In this document: in pieces, positions 38,051-51,100 of the stretch
Position numbering within the stretch: the first letter of the stretch is position 1
Layout: each line of letters starts with the position of its first letter
Source of the DNA: Octopus bimaculoides
Taxonomy: Eukaryota
Length of the DNA stretch: 64,000 nucleotides
Direction of reading: 5' to 3'
Assembly: GCF_001194135.2 (NCBI RefSeq)
Contig: NC_068982.1
Location: 175,523,593 to 175,587,592 of the forward strand
Notes under the pieces: generated by a model
Databases searched by the model: none
The model's input: only the letters and a program-made list of their open reading frames with translations
What the model was told of the DNA's origin: nothing
Made by a program: the position numbers and the translations under genes

Positions 38051-40861
38051 GCACATAGTCCCTTACTCCAGATCAAATTAGCACAAAAAGAATAAAAAGT
38101 ACAAGACTATATTATTCATTGTGTTCTTCCTTTTTGGAACAGCAGGACTGTGATCTGAGTAAAATTTGTTTGTTACTGCTAGCAAGTCAAAGAAGTAGGC
38201 AGATGTTCCCTCATTGGGAAATGACCAAAATAGAAATACAACCCTAACACTGTACAGTATATATTTCCCTTCTCAACATTCTGTATGTTGCATTGTACTA
38301 GAGTCAATAGAAATGAATACCATTAATAAACTGGGTCAATTCAATTGAATATACACCTTCTCTTTAAGAAAAAAATTGTTTTGTCTAGTCAAAAGAAATC
38401 AATATTATAATAAACATTACACCACTACTGGGTTGAAGACTAGAAATAATCAATCTAATATCATTCATGGCTGCCATTAGTGCATTACATCTGAATTCTT
38501 GTCCAACTATTACATTCTTTCCTTTTGAATTTCATTTTGTTTAACCTTCAACCCTAGATTCATTGAACTGAACTGTTATTATTTCTTCAATTAATACGAC
38601 TAATTGTCCTTTTAACACTTTAATATCTCTATTAATATTCTATATTCACTGGCACTTTCAAGATCACAGCTTGTGGTAACACCAAGTAGATGACTACTTC
38701 TAAATATAGTAACATGAACTGAAAAATTTCATGCTAATGAATTAACCATTTCACAGTTTGCAATTGGCAGCAGTGGTAGGCAACACCATTTAACAAATTG
38801 TAGAACCAAACACAACAATTAATGTGATATACCCTTCATTGTGTGTTAACCATTTTACAGAATATAGCTTCACACATTACATTGCATTTTTGCTTCCCTA
38901 TCACCACATTCATAGTCTGCATTTTCTACCTTATTATCTTCTGTTTATCTGTTCTGTAATAGGTGGTTAAAACTGATGAAAGCTAAAAGTAAAAAAGTTG
39001 CAGATGCACTAGTATAAAATTGAAATGATTGACTATAGTTTAAATATGCTCCAAACACATCACTGTGTATTTCTTTTGTAGACATTTAATTCTACAAGCA
39101 TCACTTCACCTAGTTGTTAAGAAAAGATTCCAGAACCTTCTGGAAATGTTAACAAGGAATACCTTAGCCAATATCACTTTTCCTTTCAGACATAACTCCA
39201 TGAAGCCATAAAACATCCAAATCGTTAATTTTCATGAGTATCTTGCAACATTGATTTTTACACTTGTAATACTTGGGAGAAATCTGTTCACTGATAGTTT
39301 GGTTTCAGACACCAAGTATGTATTCCTTCGAGAAATTTTATATAATTTGGTTCCACAGATACTTCATTATCTACCTTATGAGTGTCCAAAATAACATTTT
39401 GTGTCTAACAAATTTCCTTTCAATGATCAACTAATTTCATTTAAGAGAAGCATATTTTCTTCCAGATATGAAATGCAATATTTCTACCAGATGACAAGGA
39501 TAAGTTTTTCACTGCCACAGCAGATTTTTACCTCAGTTGTCTTAAGGAATACATTTCTGCACATTATGGATTTTAAATTTCCACATTAGAGAGAATTAAA
39601 TCCCAAATGCAGAAGACTATAGTTTATTTTCCAGATGTCATAAGCAATTTGCCTCCAGATACATAACTGCCTTTTCTTAAGCACACACACACACAAACAT
39701 ATATAAAAGTATGTATGTATACACACATATGAAGGATTAGCTATGCCTATGGGAAATCATCTAGGAGAGATATGGAGTGTAAATTCTTGTGTGTGCAGTT
39801 TTATGTAATCTCAAGAATTTCTGCATATGGTGACAGTTAACTATGTACACATATGGGGAGCACATATACTTTATATGATTCTAAACATACACTTATCCTT
39901 CTGCCTAAGTAGAGAGGATTGATATCACTTTCTAATTTTTTTCCCTCTCCTCCTTTCATGCTGCTTGTGTGTGATAAGGTTCTCATGAGGGCATTTACTT
40001 TTACTCTCAGTTACCAAAATTACTAAAATTAAATCTTCTGCAAAACCAGTAAAGTATTGGTAGTGTTACATCATTTACATGGTGCATATCTGATGGAAAG
40101 GGATTTACTAGCAAAAAATTCAAAACAACATAGCATTTTCAGATAACTGTGAATATGATGAAATCATATAAAATCGACCTAATAAACATATATTTAGTCT
40201 CACAGTGAAAACATATTACGTGCAAGTTACAGACTCTTTAGTAATAAGAATGTGAAGGATCTGCTGGTGTGTTTCATCTTCTTAAAACTTGCACCATGTA
40301 AATGATATTGCACCAGCAGTGGTTTGTACACATCTACCATAAGAAGATTTACTCTCCTTTAGTAGCTGCGAGTCAAGGTAAATGATCTGATGGTCCTTGA
40401 GAAGATGAAATGCATGCGACTGATTTTGTAGACACCAGCACTAGTGAAGCTGCCATGAAATTCAAAAAACTAAATAGTCCCACTGACTGAGTAAGAGTAT
40501 AGCAGAGAGAGAACCAGCTTTATGCTAGGTGTTGAAACAAGGCAGAAACAGTTTTGTTACTGAAAAGGAGATACATGGATATAAATGTGAGTGGGAGTAA
40601 CTGAGGTTGAGGCAGAAATAAAGGTAGTGGTGACAAGGTGTTGGAGTGTACTCTCAAGGTACACAATGGTGAATAGAAGAGTGTGAAGAGATCATAAGGG
40701 ACAGGTGGGTAAATATTGCAAGAATGTTGAAGGAGACTGAAAGACATACAATAACAGGACTGGAGGAGGTCAGAAGCATGTAGGAATGATTATTGTGAGT
40801 AACAAACTAAAGTGGCAGGGGTTGATGGCAGATATGAGACTCTTAAGAAAAATGAATGTAT

Positions 40862-40910
<49 letters not shown>

Positions 40911-41020
40911 AGCTGCAGAAACTCTGCCAAATCAGATTGGAGGCTGGTGTTGCCATCTGGTTTCACCAGTCCTCAGTCAAATCGTCCAACCCATGCTAGC
41001 ATGGAAAGTGGACGTTAACC

Positions 41021-41053
<33 letters not shown>

Positions 41054-41056
41054 ATA

Positions 41057-41388
41057 TCTATATATATAAAAATGAGAATGTGTGTCTGTCTGTCTGTCTG
41101 TCTGTCTGTGTGAATCCCTAAAACTCGAGAACTACGCAACCAATTTCATTCAAACTTTACACATGCCTTACTTAGGGTTCCAGTTGTGTTTTAGTCAAAA
41201 AAAATTATTAACTTCTTGCAGAGTTCGAGCACACGGCAACATAATATCTCCTCCACTATTTAAGTATTACGTGTCAAAAGTGAAACAAAAACACTTATGT
41301 CAAATACTTTCACTTTAAAAATGAAACTATTCCACTAACTGAAACAATCACATTTCGATACTGTAGTGACAGATACTTTCACAGAGAN
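41057..41388 (+). mobile_element. Helitron-like non-autonomous element, 5' part (runs into a gap)
   Basis: A|TCTATATATATAAAAATG start followed by (GTCT)n, the pattern of Helitron/HINE-type 5' ends. The 3' end is not visible. Confidence 0.45.
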
Positions 41389-42502
41389 NNNNNNNNNNNN
41401 NNNNNNNNNNNNNNNNNNNNNNNNNNNNNNNNNNNNNNNNNNNNNNNNNNNNNNNNNNNNNNNNNNNNNNNNNNNNNNNNNNNNNNNNNNNNNNNNNNNN
41501 NNNNNNNNNNNNNNNNNNNNNNNNNNNNNNNNNNNNNNNNNNNNNNNNNNNNNNNNNNNNNNNNNNNNNNNNNNNNNNNNNNNNNNNNNNNNNNNNNNNN
41601 NNNNNNNNNNNNNNNNNNNNNNNNNNNNNNNNNNNNNNNNNNNNNNNNNNNNNNNNNNNNNNNNNNNNNNNNNNNNNNNNNNNNNNNNNNNNNNNNNNNN
41701 NNNNNNNNNNNNNNNNNNNNNNNNNNNNNNNNNNNNNNNNNNNNNNNNNNNNNNNNNNNNNNNNNNNNNNNNNNNNNNNNNNNNNNNNNNNNNNNNNNNN
41801 NNNNNNNNNNNNNNNNNNNNNNNNNNNNNNNNNNNNNNNNNNNNNNNNNNNNNNNNNNNNNNNNNNNNNNNNNNNNNNNNNNNNNNNNNNNNNNNNNNNN
41901 NNNNNNNNNNNNNNNNNNNNNNNNNNNNNNNNNNNNNNNNNNNNNNNNNNNNNNNNNNNNNNNNNNNNNNNNNNNNNNNNNNNNNNNNNNNNNNNNNNNN
42001 NNNNNNNNNNNNNNNNNNNNNNNNNNNNNNNNNNNNNNNNNNNNNNNNNNNNNNNNNNNNNNNNNNNNNNNNNNNNNNNNNNNNNNNNNNNNNNNNNNNN
42101 NNNNNNNNNNNNNNNNNNNNNNNNNNNNNNNNNNNNNNNNNNNNNNNNNNNNNNNNNNNNNNNNNNNNNNNNNNNNNNNNNNNNNNNNNNNNNNNNNNNN
42201 NNNNNNNNNNNNNNNNNNNTCAGAGTCAAACACTGTCTGTAGCTGGTCTTCTCTTGGAAGAGCCCTGCTTCTCACATGGACAACTGTATGTTGGCTGCTC
42301 AAGAGTGGGCAGCAACAAAAAACCTATTTGTATATGCTCCACAAGGGAAAACAAGGAACACAGTTTACAATGAGGTGTTATAATCACAACAGCAAGAAAG
42401 TATGTACATGATCACCTTCTTTTACGAAACTTCATTGACTTTCATATATTTATATTGATATACATATATATACGTGTGTTTGGGTGCGTGTGTGTATATA
42501 CA

Positions 42503-42583
42503 TCTCTATATATAAAGATGATGCGTAATCTAGACGGCGTTTTTAGATTTCATTATTCTCTTTAACCCGGGTATTTCTGCTAG
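42503..42583 (+). mobile_element. Mini Helitron-like element
   Basis: A|TC...CTAG|T termini; the start resembles 41057; CCCGGG lies 13 nt from the 3' end. Confidence 0.45.
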
Positions 42584-42591
42584 TATATATA

Positions 42592-43061
42592 TATAAATAG
42601 TACAGGTGGCTAATTCGCAATTTTACAACCTAAAGGCAGAAATATATATGTCACTAAAGTGAACAACAGCACTGATCAGCACTAGTATTGCTAGAAATAA
42701 GAGTCAAAACAACTCAATAGTCACAAAAAACACTATCTTAATGAGCTGATGAAGGAGACAAGTCCCCTACAGTCACAGATAGAGCTATATCACCGATGAT
42801 TTTGCATTTTGATGTTTAACGCATCTTAAAGCTCATCAGTAGCTCTCACCGCACCTGAAGTTAAACTCATCTCGCCTTGTCAGCTTAGAGAATCTCCATT
42901 GAAATCATAAGCTGATTTCGTAAACAGTAGTGTGAGAACTATAAATAATATGGATAGCTAATTTGCAATTTTACAACCTAAGGGCAGAAACATGACAGCT
43001 CATTAAGGTAGTGCTTTTGTGGCTATGGAGTTGTTTTGACTTTTATTTCTAGCAATACTGG
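42592..43061 (-). mobile_element. Retrozyme-like non-coding element: 348-nt period, HHR, inverted terminal segment
   Basis: Direct repeat 42592-42642 / 42940-42990; inverted repeat 42682-42748 / 42996-43061; type I HHR inside; no ORF. Confidence 0.55.
42781..42846 (-). ncRNA. Full type I hammerhead ribozyme fold with G12A substitution
   Basis: AGAGCUA-CUGAUGA-GC UUU AA GAUG(CGUUAAA)CAUC AAAA U GC-AAAA-UCA(UCGG)UGA-U-A-UAGCUCU: perfect 7-bp stem I, long stem II closed by G-C, 4-bp stem III with AUA cleavage triplet. Confidence 0.8.
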
Positions 43062-43138
43062 TATATATATATAAAACGCTATCCTAGCATGTCTTGCTTT
43101 GAAGAATATCATTACATAGATCTATCATTATATATATA

Positions 43139-43181
<43 letters not shown>

Positions 43182-43557
43182 CATACAGCAATCAGATGCA
43201 AAAAGGAAGATTGTGTTTGTTAGATAACTTTATTCAATGTTACGATAATTTCATATGGCTAGAAGAACTATTTCTTTGCTATACATTAGTTTGTATGCAT
43301 AATTAATCAATTAATCATTTACAAATTTAGCCTTCATCCATTCTCATCAGATACCAATAACTTTAGGAGACAGTGATCTATCACATGTGTACACACACAC
43401 ACACAAACACATATACAATGGGCTTCTTTCAGTTTCTGTCTACCAAATGCACTCACAAAACTTTGATTGTCCAAAGTACCATACAGTGGGAGTGAACTTG
43501 AAACTATGTGGTTAAGAAGAAAACTTCTTACCACACACTTGTATGTATGTATGTTTG

Positions 43558-43595
<38 letters not shown>

Positions 43596-44269
43596 TGAGC
43601 AAGTGAGAAAAAAACACTACTTATCACATTTAGCAGGAGTTGTAAGTACTTAGTAATTGGCTGACTCAAGCTCCACATTACTGTTATAAGTTTTGTAGGT
43701 GGAGAATGTGCACATGCAGACACATGCACATATGTATGTGAAGGTATACATTTGTGTGTGTTTGTCTCTTCCTATGCATGTTTAATAATGTTTATGCCCC
43801 TAAAAGTGTAACACAATAACAATAGGACCAATTAGGTAGTGTCAATTTTTACATTTGCCATAACAAGCAAAGAGAGATAAAAAAAAGCATGTTCACATCA
43901 ACCTTATCAATTCTGCTTGAAAAGCCTCCAAATGTCATTGACACTGCCTCACTTTCCTAACAAATGTAATCTCTGTTCTGAGTTCAAAACCAGCTAGTGA
44001 TAGCCTTGACTTTTCTATTTAGGATAGGTAAAATAGTTTCAGTCAGATATCAGAGTTGACCCAGTCACAACATTCCACCAAAATGTGTGATCATGTATTG
44101 CTGCAAAAAGTTGTTATTGGAGTGACAGGTGGTGTGTATGTGTGTGTGTAGGAGTAGTGTTAGGATAGGTAGAATAACTGTGAAACATAGTGATACTGGT
44201 GTGCTAGTGGATGCATGGATACGAAGGTGGCAAGGAGTGTTGGGAAGTTGCAGAAATATTGTTGATGGA

Positions 44270-44585
44270 TGTGAAGGTGCGTGGCTCATTGGTTAGGGTA
44301 TTCAAGCTCATGATTATACGGTCATGGCAGCATGTTGTGTCCTTGAGCAAGACACTTCATTTCACATTGCTCCAGTCCACTCAGCTGGTAAAAATGAGTT
44401 GTACCTGCAATTTGATAGAGTCGTCCTTGTCACATTCTGTGTCATGCTGAATCTCCCTGAGAACTACGTTAAGGGTACACATGTCTGTGGAGCACTCAAT
44501 CACTTGCACATCAATTTCACAAGCAGGTTGTTTGGATGACCGAATCATCTGGAACCCTCATCATCGTAACCAATGGAGTGCCATT
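44270..44585 (+). mobile_element. tRNA-derived SINE (older relative of 16918-17303)
   Basis: Head GGTGCGTGGCTCATTGGTTAGGG, core GTCCTTGAGCAAGACAC, 3' end GAGAACTACGTTAAGGGTACAC..GGAGTGCCA. Confidence 0.75.
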
Positions 44586-44936
44586 ATTGTTGATGATGTT
44601 TTGGGGCAATGGGTGGCTAAGAATAATGCAGGTCATAGTTTATGTTAATAGTGCTTATGATAGTTTCCTCACCTCCTTACCCTTGTTAGTAGCAGTGGCA
44701 ATGGTGGTAGTTTTGATAATAATAGTTTCAAATTTTGCTTACAGAGGCAGCAATTTGGGGGGAGAGGATGAGTCAATTACATCGACCCCAGTGTTCAACT
44801 GGTACTTATTTTATTGACTCTGAAAGGATGAAAGGCAAAGTCAACCTGGGTGGAATTTGAACTCAAAACCTAAAGAACAAAATACCACCAAGCATTTCAC
44901 CCAGTCTGCTAATGATTCTGCCAGCTTGCCACCTTA

Positions 44937-44940
44937 TTAA

Positions 44941-45030
<90 letters not shown>
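44937..45030. repeat. (AAT)n microsatellite
   Basis: Near-perfect tract; one of many TA, GT, GA, GAT and AAT tracts in the window. Confidence 0.95.
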
Positions 45031-45035
<5 letters not shown>

Positions 45036-46519
45036 CTGGTGGTGACTGCAGGGAGGTTAATTTTTGATGTAAATTTATGGCAGAGTTAAGGTGATTGCAG
45101 TGGTGATGATGGGTGGTTGTAGAAGAGGTGGTGGTGGTGTTGAGAGTAGCTACGATATTAGAAACAAGGGGCAGGTGTTTTAATGGGATTTTTGTAGCAA
45201 TAATTTAAGACTCTTGTCTGTCTGTGTTGATTGCAGGGTTCAATCTGGGTTTTCAGAAGATTTTCAATATTCTCTTTCCCTTTTCTTATAAAACTAGAGT
45301 CTATTGTTACTTTATTTATTTTAAAGTAGCTAGTGATATGATTAAAATGTTGTTTTTTTAATGTTGTCTTTGTTGCTTGCATTATTTATTTTAAACACAG
45401 GTATTGTTAAAATGTTATTGTTACTGCTGTTTGTTCAAAAATTGTTGATGTTCATTTTAAAATTACTGTTATATTATTGCTTCTTTAGATCAGAGGTTGA
45501 TGTTTACTTTTTGAATCTATTGTTTTTGTTAATAATGTTGGCTTTATTGCTATTTAATTTAAAATAAATTGAAAGAAAAGGATTTATGCATTTTGCTTGC
45601 TTTATGATGATGATGATGATGATAATAATGATGATGATATTAATGACATTATTTAGGTCTGAGATGACAATGGTAGTGGTGATGATGATTTGTGCATGCA
45701 CCTTCCCTAGCCATACCGCTATTAGCACCACCACCACCACCACCACCATTGCCTTCATTGTCTGATGCTCCTGCTCCCATGGACATGGAAATCTCTGGGG
45801 AAATTAAATTCAGAAACTTTAAAGAAAACAAAAACCAGCAGCATCATAAAAGATTTGATCTAGATAAAGAAGGAATTCCAACACGAGAATGCAGAGAGGA
45901 GAAATATGACGGTGGCTATGGTAATGGCAGCGGTATTATTGTTGTTATTGTTTGTAGCAATGATGCTGGATGTTATAAGGAGAGAGATGTGTGTGCTGTT
46001 ATGCTAACATAAGCATTAAGTGGGTGATGGGGTAGAATCGAATCTATGATATGTGTCTCTTATTCAAAAATAACAAAATTCAATAAGATGTAAATGGCTA
46101 GAGATTTAAGAGCTGAACTACGTCTAGTCTAATCATTATTTTCATGCTTTTAAACTGCACAGCTGAAACTTTAACAGTGTTTTGTTTAGCCCTAGGTAAA
46201 CCTTGACTGAGTTGATCTACAACAGTACATTTTAGCTATGCTATTTTGTCCATTTCTTTTTCTTGCACACAAATATAGAGAACTACATTATACAAGTCCC
46301 ACTTTTTCTTAAGATGGCATAAGGGAAATTTGGTTGCTCTCTCTAGCAAGTTGAGTGTATTAGGTAGAAGCCACAAGTGTCTGTATGATTAAGTTGCTGG
46401 AATACTTCTGAGAACATGGTCATTAGTTCAAAACTTACAGTTATAGTCAGTGATGGTGGTAGTAAGATCAACTATTTATAACTGGATAAAGGCACATAAT
46501 TTTGCTTATAACAGTTTAT

Positions 46520-46606
<87 letters not shown>

Positions 46607-47329
46607 GAAAAGGAAAGAAAACATTTCCAGGATTTGAGGAGCAAAAAACCAACATATATTTTGAGAATTTTCAACAAAGAAGGGTATGTTAACCCTGAGA
46701 ATAATCAGATACCAATGAACTAGGTAGTAACTATAGTACTGGTGGTGATATAAACCATCCATCTTTTTCACTCAGAGATCCTATAACAATAACAGTATAA
46801 TGATAATAATAGCAATGATTTTCTTTCTCAAAAATGGGAAATAAAATAAAATATTTAAAATAAAATAACAAAAAGAAAAAAAAATTCAGTTTAGCCGATA
46901 AAAGAACTGAAGGAGAAGAGTTAAAATGGATTTAATTAACGATATATTTTAGGTTGGAAACATTCCTAATACTTCAACAAAACTGATCAGCAAGGAAATT
47001 CACTATTGAAATGACTAATGAAATACATGCATATGCATCTGTGTGCATGCGAGTATGTATGCATGTATGTATGTGCAGATGAATGGATGAATTCTTGGAT
47101 AATGCTGCCATTTCGTTTCTGTTTATTTAATCACTTATGATTTGAACTATACATGTAAATAGAAAGAGAATGTCTTTTACATTGAAATGATGTAAATTTA
47201 AACATGGAAATTTTAATTAGCATAATGTAATTATTGACAGTAATAATAAAGCCACAAAAATGAACATCATTTAATTTTAAGAACAGTTTCAAAAAAAAAA
47301 AAAAATTAAACAGTCTTTAATATTCAATA

Positions 47330-47830
47330 TTATACTATATCTAAGACAAACTTCTGAGGTTTAAATTGTTCATCTCTGAGGGTTGAGTATATGGCTGGCA
47401 TTGGACAGGAGAAGAATTTAATTGAAAGTGCATGTTTCCAGTATTAAAGGATTGGTCATGATATCATGGTTTGAGGCTGCAACAGATAATTATGAACAGT
47501 ACAGCTGATCTGAAGAAGATTATGCTCCCATTTACCAAGAACCATTTTGGTCAGTCATGGATGTTTAAACATGACAACTTAAAGTATACCAGAGGAATAA
47601 CCAAGCAATTCATGAAAAAAGTAATAAAATTCTAGTACTACTGTGGCCAGCACAATCTCTGGACATAAGTCAACACAAATATGCAACAAAGTAGCTGAAT
47701 GAACTGAATTATTATGCAGGCAACACATGGAATGAAGTTCAAGATTATGTGTTCGTCAAACTTATAAAAGATTCAATACCTTGTTGTCATAATTCTGTTT
47801 TAAGAAATTCTGGGTACCTACCCAAGTATT
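47330..47830 (+). mobile_element. Decayed Tc1-like transposase
   Basis: LKKIMLPFTKNHFGQSWMFKHDN..KILVLLWPAQSLDI resembles ..LLPF....F...W.FQQDNAP.H..VL.WP.QSPDLNPIE. Confidence 0.7.
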
Positions 47831-49756
47831 TATGTCATATGATTTCATTCTTTATCATTAATGAACACATTCCATTTTGTTGAGAAAAATGACATGCCTT
47901 AAATGTTCAATTATGTTTTGTCTTTCTTTTTTTTTTTATTTATTGTTGTCAATTCTGTCAAAAATTGCATTAGGCTAAATTTAAACTTCTATTGAAAAAA
48001 GTTGAAAATTCCTTTTCTATTCATATGAAGTTTGAATCATAATTGGCTAAATAAATGGAAATAATTAGCATTTAATCATCAGTACACTGCTATTGGTAGT
48101 GTCGGTGGCTGGCTGGGGAGGCATGTGTGTGTGCATACACTCTGCTCTGACCAATTGGGTAATTGTTTGAGCATGTAAATTATTTTACTGCAGTTCAGTT
48201 CTATTTTGTCAAAACCCAGACAGTTATGGCTATTCCCAGTGCTTGTGTATGTGTATCTATAAACATATATATTTACACACATCCATGTATGTGTTTATTT
48301 TTAAATAAAGTAAGTTTGACTTCTGTCTTCTTTCTAACTCCAAAATGGAGGACTGATATTTTAGCCATGTCATTTTGCAAGGAAGGGTTAAATCCATTGA
48401 TGAAACTAGAAACAAGCACCGGTTAGCTTTAATCTAACAGACTTATGATGAAAGACATTCCACTCATAACCAAACTAACTCATTTTTCATACAGTGTATT
48501 CATGACTACATTACCAAATGTGTCTTTTTTTTCTTAATTTTTAAACAATAGTGTTGTGGTTTGAATGAGACTATATTAGTAGGCTGTGCAACTGCATAGC
48601 AGTAATTGTTTGTAATTCAGTAATAGATTTAAAAAAAAATTTTTTTTCATGAAATGATCTTTTTTCTAAATAAAGTATTTTCTATAAAAAAAAAATCCTT
48701 TCTGGAAGCAACTTCCAGTTAAAATTTGAGGAATTATCTCATAATTTACGTTTTTACACATAAAGCACAGAGAAATATGAAAATATCCAAAAACCAAACA
48801 AGTTATTATTACAATGGACTGAACACGATTTTTACTTTTTTGATTCACAGCAGTATCTGATACTGTTGTAGATTGACAGAATTTGTATAGGATGGGACAA
48901 AATGCCTTTTGGCATTGAGTTAGATCTTTTTACTTTTTGACTTCAGATCCCACTGAGACAGATTTTACCTTAAATGGTTTGTAATATTTACTTAGGTTTC
49001 TTTACATTCTGAACTTAAATATTACCAGGTCAGACATTCATTGCCTTTCATACCTTTAGAGCTGGTAAAATAAGTGCAAGTAATGGATAAGGGACAACAC
49101 AATTGAATAAACTCCATTACTCACTCTCTGTAATAATGTCCTTCAGCTATCAGAATATTAGAAGGTAAGAAATAAAATGATAACGACAAAACTAAAAATA
49201 TAAAAAAATATTTAAATCATATTTTATCATTACAAAATATAATTTATAAATAAAATAAACATTTGAAGAAAAAATAATGTTGATTAAATCAAAAACTAAA
49301 AATAAATGAAGAGATTGATAAAATGTAATTTTATCAAGGAAGGTTGATAAGGTTATGTGTTTTTAATGATTAACCTTAAAGTTGTTGATAGAGAGATTCC
49401 ATTTCTAAATCTACCAGTTGTTTATGTCTATATTATTGAAATTAGTTTGGAACTGCACTTTCCCCAATTCAAAAGAGAAAGCTCTCTCTCTCTCTCTCTC
49501 TCTGTATCTGTCCATCTATCTACCGAAATACCTTTTGCTATTTATATACAGAGTGACCGAGAGGATGTATGTTAATGTCTATGTGCATTAACATATCTCT
49601 GTCTAGTATCAATATGGTGTTGTATGTCCTTATGTAGATATTTGATTTTAAAATAAAATATAAAAAGAAAAACCTTTCAAAATTATAGCTTGCAATAATA
49701 TGTTATTAACTCAAAAGGTTATATATATATTTTGATGTTATTACACACAAGTGGTG

Positions 49757-49791
<35 letters not shown>

Positions 49792-50382
49792 TAAAAAAAG
49801 TGACATTTCAAGCAAAACAGTTGACAGATACACACAAACACAGATTTGTTGAAATTAGTAAACTATCAAAATGGTAATATTCTTAGTCTTAACTGAATTT
49901 CCTGAATATATGTATTCTGTCAAAGAAACAAAAGAAAGAATTGATATGTTCATCACAGTTTAGGGAGACATTTTTAAGCATCCACTTCTGTTTTGATCTA
50001 ATTTATCAATGACAGAAATCTCATCAAAGTCACTTGCTCTGCTAGAAATAATGCAGCTTAGTGCAGCTTAATAATGAACTATATATTATACAGTTTCAGG
50101 TATAGTTCCAACAATTTTGCCAAAATTTAAATTATATGCAACACCATGCAATGGATGTACCAAGAATTTTGTTATATAAAAGTACATTTAACAATTAATA
50201 ATATTGATATGCATGAGAGATAGAGATATTTAGTCTAGCTGATTTATAGCATGGAAAGCGGACGTTAAACAATGATGATATAACCCCCAAATATATAATA
50301 AAAGCTGAGAACAATAACTCCATGATTAGGTTCAATAGCTAATTAACTCTGTCATTAGGTGGGAATATATATGCTTTTACAA

Positions 50383-50433
<51 letters not shown>

Positions 50434-50719
50434 TTAGCATTTTGATGTTTGTTTAATAACCACACTGTATGAAATTCCATATCGTTTTATATTGTTAAAA
50501 TTTGCCAGATGTGTATCTGTGTTTATTGGTTGCTCTATACTACTTTTGAGAAAACATGTGGTACTACAATTTTACCGGGCGGCTAACAGATATACACTTG
50601 TAACTGGTTGCAGATGTAATGTGCTATGACTTACTCAAAACATTCAGTGTTATGTTATTATTATTTTGAAACAACACAAAAAATACATTAAGCAGTTCAA
50701 CATGTATACACATACAGAT

Positions 50720-51100
50720 GCAATACTTGAATACACAGTGTTATATACTGACTGGCTTATTGTGTGTTTTGGGTTTTAGAACACAGACCTTCATCCATGT
50801 TAACAGACTTAGGTTGAACAAGCCTAGACCTGTGTCCAAGTGGCATTCTATTAACCTAACTAATTACTACATTTTATTCAGAGCCTTCTTGATGCTTTCT
50901 CAGCAGCTTCTATGATATTTTCCATGGTGCTTCTTCTGCCCATTCCTGCTTAATATATCATAACCATTAAACTTGCTGTCTTACAAAGAAGGGCTGGTTA
51001 AACAGACTGCAAGTTATTCAATATAACTGTAGCTAATCATGATACTTTTAATGATTGATTCATCAATTTGCTTCAGAGGAAGGCTATATGCTTGTTTTAC
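50720..51100 (-). mobile_element. HERO-like (RLE-clade) non-LTR element 3' end relic
   Basis: GRRSTMENIIEAAEKASRRL*IK resembles the HERO C-terminus ..AI.NI.EAAEKASRWLWIKR, followed by GCCACTTGGACACAGG in a UTR-like segment. Family assignment is from recall. Confidence 0.5.

Noticed and set aside
41348-42373. Long ORFs at 20.4, 28.5, 41.3 and 55.8 kb
   Set aside because: They consist of X residues from assembly gaps.
45692-46012. 106-aa ORF with a poly-Pro run as a host exon
   Set aside because: Built on CAC/GAT low-complexity sequence, with no recognisable domain or convincing splice sites.
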